This document shows, in pieces, positions 13,701 through 25,700 of a stretch of DNA of 64,000 bases. The translations under genes were made by a program, and so were the position numbers. Position 1 is the stretch's first letter. Each line of letters starts with the position of its first letter. The notes under the pieces are model-generated. The model was not told where the DNA came from, made no database searches, and was given only the letters and a program-made list of their open reading frames with translations. The stretch covers positions 24,385 through 88,384 of the forward strand of contig JBAXRK010000001.1 of assembly GCA_037131245.1 (NCBI GenBank). Direction: 5' to 3'. Origin of the DNA: Candidatus Omnitrophota bacterium (GTDB taxonomy: Bacteria; Omnitrophota; Gorgyraeia; Zapsychrales; Fredricksoniimonadaceae).

Positions 13701-16700
13701 ATCGTTACGGCGCAACGGCGGCGCATTCGCGTCAGGCAATTTCTTCAGGGCTTCCTGGACAAACAGCTCTCCAGCTCCGAACGCGATCGCTTCTTTGTAC
13801 TCCTTGATCTGCTGCTTGATCGCGTCCACTGTCAGGGCGTTCATCCCGACCGCGGCTACGAGCTTTTCAGGCATGGCCAGCACACCGGCCACCTTGTTCT
13901 GGAAAATGCCGCCCGCCGGAATGATCACCAGTGAAGGATTGGCTTTGCGCAGCTCAGCGATCGAGCTGCCCTCGGCCTTCAGCGCTTCGGAAACCTTGCC
14001 CCAATGCTTGAGGACAACGCCGTCAACACCCGCCTGGACAGCCGAATTAATGGCTGTCAGGAATGTCGGCTGGGCGGCGGTGTCGATCTCGGCGATCATA
14101 ACCAGCGCGGGCAGTTCTTTACGCAACGCCAGCATCTCAGCCTGGGACGGAACAAAGTCGACTATGATCACAAAGCTCGCGCCTGCCGCGGCCGCGGCGC
14201 GGATATCCGCAAGACTGGCCGCGAAAAAGCCAACCGGCGCCGCGGCATTCTTCGCCCGAAGCGCCTTAAGCACATCCAGGCGGTCAACTGTCGGAATAAA
14301 TCCGGCAACAACCACCTCGTTCATCAAACTAATAATAAGCTCAGGCGACTGGCCAAAGTGGTTCTGCTTCTCTTTAAGTGTATGGCTGCCGACTTCGACG
14401 CGCTTGGCGTTAAACTCCGCCACAATGGCTTGTTTCTGTCCGACAATCTGCTGCGGCGTAACAACCCTGAACGCCACCGCATCAGCCGGAACAGGATCAA
14501 CATCAAAATGAATACTGGCAAAACGGATAGTGATATTGGCGGGATCGATCAGAATGGAGCTGCCGTTGGCACGCACTGCCTGCACAACCAATCGGCCTGA
14601 CCGCAGCGCGATACCGATCATTTCTTTAACAGTTTCCTGCGCAAAAACCGGCACACCGAACGAAGAGACCTCAAGGTCGGCCATGCCGGCAGGCCTGAAC
14701 GTTACCGCAGGAGGCGCCAAAGCTCGCGGCAAACGACTAAGGATACTCTCTCCCAACCGCTCCTCAGCGCTGGAAGCGGCAACAGCTTTCTTGTAAAAAT
14801 ATTCTTTGGCTTTCTCCGTAAGATTGCCGTTCACATCCTCAAGGGCCACAACAAAAGCCGGATCAAGCACATTCCATACTGCAGCGATAAGAATATCCCT
14901 GTTATTCGATGCCCGGGCGGCGCGAAGCTTTTCGCCAAAACTGTTGATGGTATTCTTTAAGACGGCTGACTTCGCGTTGTTAATGGCTTGCTGTTGCGCA
15001 TTCTTGTGCTTGATCTCAATAAAATCTAACAAAGCAACAGCCGCTTTGTCATCCTGGTTATCTTTTGAGTCAGAGATCGCCTGCAGCCAACCATGATGCT
15101 CAGCAACCATCCCGACCCTCAGCTGGCGGCCCGCGGCCGCTTTCATCGCCGCTTTTGCCGCGTCATTGGCTGCCGATAAGACCTGAACACGAACACTACG
15201 CAGCAAATTCAGTTTAGCCGGGACACTTATGATCGCCTGATAAGCATTAGCCTCTTTTGCGATGATCACATTTCTAGCCGTATCCGCGTTCGCTTTGGCC
15301 ACCGCGTCATACACCGCGACAGCTGTTTTCTCGTCGTTATTCTCACTCACATCCGACATCGCCTGCAACCAACCATGATGCTCGGCAATCAACCCGGCCC
15401 TCAACTGACGGCCCGCAGCCGCCTTGATCGCCGTCTTGGCCGCATCATTCGCCGCCAGAGCCACCTGAACACGAGCCTCGCGAATAATATTAACCTTCAC
15501 GACATCAGCAACGATCACAGCAATGGCATCCTTAGCGCCCTTATCAGCAACAACCTTCGCCGCATCAGCGTTCGCCTTGGCCACCGCTTCATACACCGCG
15601 ACTGCCACCTTCTCATCGTTATTCTCATTGACATCCGACATCGCCTGCAGCCAACCATGACGCTCGGCAACCAACCCGGCCCTCAACTGACGACCCGCAG
15701 CTACCTTGATCGCCATCTTCGCCGCATCATTCGCCGCCAGAGCCACCTGAACACGGGCCTCGCGAACGGCATTAACCTTCACAATATCCGCCACGATCAC
15801 AGCAATGGCATCTTTAGCGCCCTTATCAGCAATAACCTTCGCCGCATCAACGTTCGCCTTGGCCACCACTTCATACAGCGCGACAGCCGTCTTCTCGTCA
15901 TTATTCTCATTCACATCCGACATCGCCTGCAGCCACGCATGATGCTCAACAGCCATCCCGGCCCTCAACTGACGACCCGTGGCCACCTTGATCATCGTCT
16001 TGGCCGCATCATTCGCCGCCAGAGCCACCTGAACACGAGCCTCGCGAATAATATTAACCTTCACGACATCAGCAACGATCACAGCAATGGCATCCTTAGC
16101 GCCCTTATCAGCAACAACCTTCGCCGCATCAGCGTTCGCCTTGGCCACCGCTTCATACACCGCGACTGCCACCTTCTCATCGTTATTCTCATTGACATCC
16201 GACATCGCCTGCAGCCAACCATGACGCTCGGCAACCAACCCGGCCCTCAACTGACGACCCGCAGCTACCTTGATCGCCATCTTCGCCGCATCATTCGCCG
16301 CCAGAGCCACCTGAACACGGGCCTCGCGAACGGCATTAACCTTCACAATATCCGCCACGATCACAGCAATGGCATCTTTAGCGCCCTTATCAGCAATAAC
16401 CTTCGCCGCATCAACGTTCGCCTTGGCCACCACTTCATACAGCGCGACAGCCGTCTTCTCGTCATTATTCTCATTCACATCCGACATCGCCTGCAGCCAC
16501 GCATGATGCTCAACAGCCATCCCGGCCCTCAACTGACGACCCGTGGCCACCTTGATCATCGTCTTGGCCGCATCATTCGCCGCCAGCGCTACCTGAACAC
16601 GGGCAGCACGCACCGTATTGACGTTAACAACATCGCTCAGGATCACGGCCATGGCTGCTTTAGTATTACGCGCGCTTACTTCGCTGGCCTTCACCTCAAC

Positions 16701-19700
16701 ATGAGCCTTGACCGCATCAAGCAGACTGGCCACCGTCGAAACAACCTTCGGCATCTTGCGGCCATTCATAGTGATCATGGAACGACGATACGCAGAGATC
16801 GTATCAGCGCCGATCTTCTCTATAATGTCCCTCTTGATGCTGATCACGGAAACCGCCGGTAAAGCCTGCTGCGCGGCACGCAATGAACGGTACTCATTAA
16901 CGATCCTGTCAGCTGTCTGCGCAACAACTGAATCTAGCGTCTTGCGGGCATCAAGCTCCATAGCCCTGACCGCAGCATCCGCATCCATGGGCGCCACAAC
17001 AAGATCATGACCGGCCGGATCAACCGCCGCTCCGCCTTTCATCCACTCAACAAACGCAACCGCCTTGCCCCACAAACTAACAACCTTATAAACACTCCAC
17101 AACGCGACCGGCACTAACCAGACCAGATTAATGATCTTGAAAACAGTCATCGCCATGCCGCTAAGGCCCAGGATAAACGCGCTAACTGTCAAGGCATAGG
17201 TAACCAGGAAAGCGCCGAGCCCGACAACCAAAGCAATCTTGAACCCGGTCGTCCTCATAAACTTCGGGAGCAAATACGGATCACCCGTGAACTTTGCCCC
17301 CTCAACGCCTTTGGCGGGAATAAACTTGTAAACACCGTTATACAGATACTGCCGGTCTGAATGATGCAAGGACGCGTTCATATTACCCTGGTATCTCTTG
17401 AGCAGACCCTGAGTCCGGATAAGCTGCTGGATCTGATCCTGAACATTCACATCAAGAACATCTCCTTTTTCCTGAAGATCCTTGAGTTTTGTCGCAACCA
17501 CTTTAGCTAGTTTCCCGATATCATCCTTCACCATTAATTCATTGTTATCCAGAACCAATCCACCCATAAGGCCCTGCTCGGCGATATACTGCTGCAAGGC
17601 AAGGCGGAAATATTCCGTATCATTAATATCACCGACCTTCTTCTTAAGATCAGCCAGCAGAAGCTCATAGCTGTTCTTCTCTTCCGTCGGCTCCCACACA
17701 AAATATTCTTGGCTGTCACCGATCAAGAGCTTAATGGCTCGGTCGATCTTCCGGTACTCGCTCATGATCCGGCGGCTCTTGATCAGCTTCGTTCCGGCAA
17801 CAAACACCACGGCGGAAGCGGCCAGCAGAACGGAGACGACCGGGTAGAACCACAAGGCAACGACCGCTGTCAAAGTCAGAATAAGCTTGGCCACATTGGC
17901 CTTCTTATCGTTGCTCTTGAGCTCGTAATACCAATCCTTCGCCCCTCTCCACCAGGCATAAAGTGAATACAAGAGGACATCGACGATCTTAAGCCCCGCC
18001 GTTGCCACTTTGTTCCACGGCAACTTGCTATATTTATTATTCTCGTAGAATTTGCTGCCATACAAAACCCCGGGATTATAAACAGCCGGCCCGGCGATCC
18101 AGCTCACAACCTGGATGATATAAAAGCCAGCTGCCAGAAGAATGATCGGCTCCATAGGAATAAAGTACAGAATAAGCGGAAGCAAGGGAGCCGCCAATTT
18201 CACACCGAACCGGTCGGTCGGCACAACGCCCGGTTCTTCATAAAGCACTTTGTATGTGCGAGTGGCCTGCCACCCGGAACGGTCGGTCGGCGGGAATTTC
18301 GGCGTGCCGTGCAGCAATTCATCAAATATGGCTTTCACATAGTTCGGGATCAAGGACCCCATGAAGACGACCAGGCCAGGCTTCACGAACATGCGACGCA
18401 AAAGTTCAAGCAGACCGTAGGGTGAACCGTACAACTGGTTATAGTAATGGACCGCAGGAATGGTAATGGCATGCATAAAGAGGTAGCCGAAAGCAACCAT
18501 GATCGGTGCTAGCGGCAGTCCGTACCAGGAATCAACGTGAAAAACCATTAATGCGATAAAAAGAATGCTGGCAACCAAGCCGGGAAGTTTGCGCAGGAAG
18601 AAATGCGACAGGCCCAGGGTACCCAGTTTGATATGAACAGGACCGGGTGTCATCAAAGCGCGCTGCGCTTCCTTATCCATGAAGATCTCACCCACGTCGC
18701 CGCAATACTTATACTCAGGGACCTTGTGAGCCCCACGCATCCTGGTCTTATCCTGGATCATCTCGACAAATGAGCTATAGCGGATCTCGCCGCCTTCTGC
18801 CAGGATGCCTTCGCCCATGACCGAATCTTCCGCGGCGCGGCACAGCGGGCCGACACCGCCACGGCCAGAGCTAAAGTCACTTGAGTCGTAAAGTGCCGCC
18901 ATTTTGGCATTATGCGCCTCAGCCAGGCTCGCCACGGAATGACCGAAGAACACATCCAGGTCCATGGAATACTTGCCGTATGTCGTTAACGATCCAAGGA
19001 CATCGGTACCCATCTGAGCCGGATGCGTCCAGGTCGATTCCGCGTGGCCGCCGGCGCCGCTGGTAGGCGTCATCGTCTGAACGGTAGAGTACAGCGGGAA
19101 TAACTGTGCGGCTAAACTAGGATTTTGATCATACAAGGCAGTCACAAACGGCAAGAAATAGATCTCTTCGAACGGTATCTGGTTGGAAACGTCCTGGGCG
19201 ATCATATGGCGCGCCCCGATCATCATGGAGCCAAGCTCCATCCAGGCCGCGTCCTTGACCGGCATCAGAAAAGCACGGCCAGACGGATCAAGCAGGCGAA
19301 TATTCGGCACGCCCAAATCAGCATAAAGTTTAACCAGATCAGTATGCTTACCAGCGTCCGCACAGCCAAACGCCCCGGCCGGGATCACATTAAAAATGAA
19401 TTTGTCTGCCGCAAAACGAGCATAGGCCTCATCCACCTCTTGAATATATTTCTTCTCGTGGCTGCCTTCTGTGTATCCGCCTTCAGGTTCATTATTTTTA
19501 TACTGTTCATAGAGCGGATCTGGCAGGTAGTCCCGGGCGAACATTTGCATAACCTTCAGGTGACGCTTATTTTTTATAGCTAATCGCGTGATAGTATCAT
19601 CACGCGAAGTTATAAAACCAATCAGGTTCTTCTGTAAGTTATCTGTGCGGTCATAAGGTTTAAAGAATGTTGTAAAAAGCACATCGACCTGGCCTTTGGG

Positions 19701-22700
19701 CGCTTCCCAGAATATTTTAGCCTCGCCCTGAATGGAGGCAACCTTCAACTGGACCTCCTCTAAAGAATTGAAGGGCTTACCATTATTTTCCATCGCTGCC
19801 TTAACCCCTGTGAAGATCTTGTCAGCGTACGTCGCTACCGTTGCCGCAAGCGCGCCGGTCCGGAATTCAGGCATCGCGGCGGCCTCCCTAATGCGTTCCG
19901 CCAAGAGGCGCTTAATATCATCATCTGTCAATGTCTTTTGAGAGATCAGGGCGTAAGTATATTTAACATAAGCAGGGAACCGGCTCCCCAGAACATAATT
20001 GATCACGAATGGCAAAACGACCCGGACTAACTTCATAAAAGGCGGGAGATCTTTTATGCGATCCAGCTTACACTTTTCAACGAGGAAATTTTCCAATTCT
20101 TCGCGGGATGTCGCATTGTTAACCACATTGGGCAGGCACTCAACAACATCCTTCCATAGTCTTTCAAACGCCATGCCGGCCATAGTAGCCCAATACATGG
20201 TCCGCGGAATATCGGTGAAATGCTCATACGGGGTCAACCGGCCATCGGCTGTTTCAGGAATATCGCGATGATAAAACTTGTTCATGGCCTGCTTCAGACG
20301 ATGCATAGCCTCATGATTGATGCCCTCAAGGTCCTGAAGCGTAATGCCCTTCAAGGACTTCAGCTTGTTGTACTGCGCCTCGGAGATCGACTTGTAATCA
20401 TCCCTGGTCATGTCCTCAAGGAACTGCTCATAATACCTACGGGCCGCGCCCTTGTCGCCACCGGTAAAGTTAAACGAGAAATTGCGGACATGGCTTGTGT
20501 AAAGAACAGCGATGCGCAGGAGCCTGTAGATCGCATCCACGATCCACGGTGAAGCAAAGACCGCGCCTGTGATCCAGACGCCGGTAGCGATCGAGGCAAA
20601 ACCGCCGGATACCATCGTCACCGCTATAACTGTCAAGCCAAGGGCTATTGAAGTCCAGAAAACATATTTTCTACCTGAATTCAACGCGGCAACGAACATG
20701 CTGGCGAAGATCAAGACGACAACACCGTGGAGATGAAAAGAGGCTCCGAACAAGAGCGCCATTCCAACGCCAAACACGAACGCCGCGGCAGCTATCACTA
20801 ATTTTCCGGCTAAATGCCGCACGTATTGCCCCATACCGCCCATTTTCTGTTCGCCCAGCATCTTAAGCGACACATACAGATCCTCGATCGTACGGATCTG
20901 GTGTGTATTGATATCCAACGCCTTATCCTTCGCCACCCGATGCAATTGCAGATAGAATCCGGAAGAAGCGAAAAGAGCGCTGATCAGGATCGCCATGAAC
21001 AGCACGGGGATCGCAATAAGCCCTATAGAAACAGATCCGGTCGCCCCCAGCATGACCAACAGCTTCGGCAAAGACCAGAACATGGCCATCCAGGTCAGGA
21101 AACTGCCGACCCAAACTATATTGCGTAAAACCTTAGCCCAACTCTTTAAAGCGTTATTCATGTGCTCGATCGTCTTCTCATCGATGCCCAGAGAACGATT
21201 ACGGTCCTCAAGATAATTGGGCTTGGTTGCCAGATTCCAGACGAACTTCAGCACGCTGACATCTTCCGGAATGCTCCAAACTCGGCGGTCAAAGAACAAA
21301 GCAAAATAATTCCGGTACGCGCGGGTCAACTTGAGGTAATAGCTGGCCGGCTCGATCTTCTGCTCTTTCTGTTCAAGCTTGATCTGCGGAAGGATCTTGC
21401 TATCAACGAGCTCCTGAGTAAAAGCCACACGGAAAAGATGCATTTTATCATCTGAGAACATCGGCAATTTCATTGGTTTCGAGGCAGGCCATGCTGTTAA
21501 TTGCTCCATCCAAGCGTCGGCTCCTCCGATGGGCTGTAAACGGCGGTCCAATAATTGCAACCTTTCCTGCACATTGGCTAACCGCTGGTAGAACTCAGCA
21601 TCGGAAGGATCCCCCACGAAATCCAGTTCCGCCATCGCGGCCACCCGAACCTCCTCAATGCATTGCCTGGCCTTTATAAAATCATCGTGTTTCAAACGAA
21701 TATCTGTCTGATCCATCATCCTCAAGCTGATACGGTCGATCGTCGTATTGAGGATCATGCGAACATCAGGCACGGTCAGGCCCATGCCACGACGCAGATC
21801 GATCCCGCGCTTATACAGGCGGTCGAAATCGTCCGGCGTGAACTGGGGGCGGTTATTCGACCTCTTGGTCTTGATACCGCCACCGGTGTAACCCCAAACT
21901 GTATCTGATAAGATAGCGCCCCAGACCTGGTCCAGAGCAATGGCAACATCCCAGGCCTCAGCAACAACCCCTCTCTGTTTGCCCCGCATAACACTTCTGA
22001 CAAGCCTGGCCACAAAAGTCGGCCGGTTCACAAATACCCGCTGTTCAACCATCCGGCGAACAACATACTCTTCCAGAGAAATATACACCAGGCCGTCCTT
22101 GATCTTCTTGTGCTTGATCAAAACACCGGCATTCGGATCAGCAAATGTATCGCCGGCTTTCTGGTGCCTTAATTCCTGAATGCGTACACGGACATCATCA
22201 AGAATAGCCTCGCGCCTAGTCTGAACCTCATTGCGATGCATCGAGCGGGCGCCGATGATCTCCCCTAACGTGTTCGCCAGGTCAATATATTCAATCTTGT
22301 CAGAAGCTACGATCGACTTCAAAACTTCGCGGAATTTAGCGGAACTGATCGGACCGACACCTTGTTGATTGGCTTCGATCAGTTTGAGGATAATATTGAT
22401 CACTATACCCTTCAAAGCGGATGGTTCCGTTGAAGACTTCGGCTTGATCATGTTTAACAGGTAATCGGTTCCCGTAATAGGCATCACCAATGAAAGCCTT
22501 AAGGCGTCGATCTTCTTGAAATCCTCCGGCTCCAGAAGCTTTTGAACCTCCTTCAACCGTTCATCCACCATCTGCTTGGTAAAGAACTGATAATTATCAA
22601 AGATCGTGTTCAGCTCTGAAGCCGCAGCCCGCTCAATAGCCTTGATCATAAGGTCATGAGCAATAAAACCCTTGTTGTAAACCAGCTTGTTGTTCAGCCC

Positions 22701-25700
22701 GTCGCGAATACCGCCCACCAGTTCCTTAAGAACATTGAGAGTAAACCCGGGATATTCTTTGAACAGCATCGCCAATGTCCCGGACAGATCCTCGGGCATA
22801 CCCTTCGTGGCCTGCACGGCTTCCTCAGGAGTACGAGCATTTTCAATATTCGACAGAATGTTCAAGACTTCCTGCTTAAACAGCGCGGCATTCGCAGCAG
22901 GCGCCTCTTTAACGGGTGCGATCTTCTTCAGCAGGCCCACGCCGAAGAATCTTTTCATGGACTTCAGGCTGAACCAGCGCTTCGGATTAATGAACCCTAA
23001 GAAACCCAGAAGCGTAAGCGCTATCGTACCGATAACGGTAATCTCAATAACATCCTTCCTGTAATCCTTGATCGTTTTCAATTCCGGAAGGGCACGTCGA
23101 GCAACGGCTTTCTGCTCCTCAGTCAACGCCGCCCTCTGACTATTGCCAATGCCTGCTTCGCGAACAATATTGGCAACAATACTGTTTCTAAGGTCATCAC
23201 TGAGCAACACACTCTTAGGCATATACCAAGGCAGAAGATCCGCGCCCATTGTCTTGCCGATGAACCGTGAACCCTGAACATGAGCAAGGCGGCCATTGAT
23301 ATAGAGGCGATGCGGCACGCCGGCCCAATTCTCGTACCGCTGAGCCAGTTTCCCTGCTACGCCATCTTCATAATTTATTTCAAACACATAATACTGCCCG
23401 GGAGTCTCTGTCGGCTGCTGAATGTAATACGCCGATGGCCGAGCATCATTTACCAGCACGCCCTGCTTAAGGTTCTCTAGGCCCTTATGGCTAATGAACA
23501 TCCCGAAATAAGGCTCCTGCGACGGCGTCAAATAAACTTGTTTGTAATCCGTCACAGAGAAAGGATTCATCGCCTTTAACGCGTCTCTATAATCAAATGA
23601 GAAACTGGTGTGCTCATAGACGCGGTACGCCGAACCACCCCATGGATAATTTCCCTCATAGAGCGGATTCTCAGCCATCATCGGAATATTAAGGGTCATT
23701 GGCTGTAGATGCGTCAGCAATAACCCGTTCGCATCCTGACCGATGAACTCACTCTTCATGTTCGGGCCTTCCGCTGCCGCCACGTAGTTCGACAGGACAT
23801 CCTGGCCCTTTACATAATCAAAGATATACGAACCATTGCTCAGGTCCAGCGCCCCTAGGATCTTCTCCTCGGTCGTCATCAAACCCTGCTTTTCATCAGG
23901 GTAAACGCGCGAAACGAACAGGCGCGGATCGCCCGACGGAATGCCATTCGTACCCACCTTATCCTGCCACGAGAACGCCTTCTTCTGACGGCCTTGCGTG
24001 GAATCCACTTCCTTCTTCACTTCAAAGATCTTATTGCCGAAATTAACGCCCTTATTGCTCACCAGGGTGTTAAGCACGTCGTACAATCCCTGCAGGTCAC
24101 CCGACTTGGCTTTAATGTCATTGGCATGGCCGCGGATGATCCAGGAGGGTATCTCGCGGCTATCCATGATCTGTTTGATCTGGGCGGCAACATCTCGCGA
24201 CTCCATCCCGCGGATGCGCTCGCCGTATCCAAAAACCTGCCAATCGCCGTTGGTCGATGTCATATAAGCGATGGACGAATGGCTGGCAATACCCTGGCCC
24301 TTGAGCTCATCAAGATAATGATTGGCTTTCACCACGTCGCCAACGCGCTGAACAAAAACCCCATTCTCCAGGCGCCCGAAAGCCTGAGCGATCACATTGC
24401 CCTTTAGGTCCTTGACCTCGCGCACCGCGAATTCGACCATACGGCCGCGATACGGGAAGCTGACCTCGCGGTCGATCGTGATCCGCCCGTTATGGTAGAG
24501 CCGGCCGATATCCACCAGGGTCATCGGATAGGTGATCGTTGAACCATCAGCGTAGCGCAAATGGCTGGTCATGATCTTCAACAAACGGTTGCCGTTATCG
24601 TCAAGGACCCAAAGCTCTGAGCCATCCGCCAGGTCAAGCATTTTAGGCAGGTCATTATAAAAATTGACCACTTCAAGAGAGCGATGACGGTCGACGGAAG
24701 AAAGCACTCTTTGGGACTTATCCTTGATCTCAGTGGTATTCACACCCGTGAAATGATCAGCCTTGTCCGCCTTGTTACGGACATCCCCCGCCAGGCGGTA
24801 CACCTGGGCCAGCACCACATCGGCGGCGTTCGTGTTCGCCGGGCCAAACGCGGTACGCAGCGCATCAGCGTAAGCCTTATAATCAAAATTGGTGGTCGCG
24901 CTCGAAACAGGCGCCTTCAAGGCCTTCTCTATATCCCTCACCATCGCCTCGACATCCACCACGGCCGGCTGGCGGGCGACCACAGCATTGATCGCGGCGA
25001 GCGTATCCTGCGGCACATCCAAGAGCGTCAGGCCTTTGGTCACAGAGCTGGAGAGAACAACATTCGTGTTATCCGCCATGGTCGTGGTCACATGCGTGGG
25101 CACCAGCGGGCCAAAGCCGTTATAATCAAACGTAACCGCGCGATCATTCTCCGCCTGATCCGTCGCCCTCTCGCCGATAAAGGGCAGGATGACACGTGAT
25201 TCTTTCACCGTCGCGCCGCTGAAAATATTGCTGAACGTGATCGTGTACCCCGACAGCTCGCGCTTGAAACCATTCATCCGGTAGGTCGGCTCCAGCGGCA
25301 GGTCGGAAGACATCACCAGCGTTTGTGCCGCCGCGTTCCCGATAAATTGATGTTGGCTCAGGTCAACCAGATATTTCTGGGCGCTAATGTTCGTATTCCC
25401 GATGATCTGCTGGTCGATGGTGCTAAACCACGCTACGCCGTTGGTCCTGGTCGACGGCAGAATGCTCAGCCAACTATTCGCCTTGCCTTCCGCGCCCAGG
25501 AGCACAATATCGGTGGCCTTGGCCGGCAGGTTCTTATAATTCACCTCAAAAGCCGCCAGCGTGGTCCAATGCGGGCGCAACTTGTACATATCCGGATAAA
25601 CCACCATGCGATGCGTCGCCTGCCACTGCGCCAGGTCCGCGACCGCGGCGGGATCGGTGAATTTGAACATCCCCTCACCCGTAGCCGCATTCGGCCAACC

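Noticed and set aside
1-14310. Reading the run of enzyme domains as a conventional multi-gene operon on the minus strand
   Set aside because: No stop codon separates any pair of modules in the shared frame. There are no intergenic gaps or frame changes. The junctions are continuous helical linkers.
13387-14511. 374-aa plus-strand ORF in a non-codon-aligned frame
   Set aside because: Its product is Ser/Thr/Ala-rich low complexity. It overlaps the barrel-like and repeat modules of the giant frame. No start context or motif supports it.
14930-16830. Regular 282-nt periodic repeats as a possible CRISPR array or satellite
   Set aside because: The period is far too long, and there is no short repeat plus unique spacer structure. 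The units are in frame and encode a conserved 94-aa helical protein repeat within the giant ORF.
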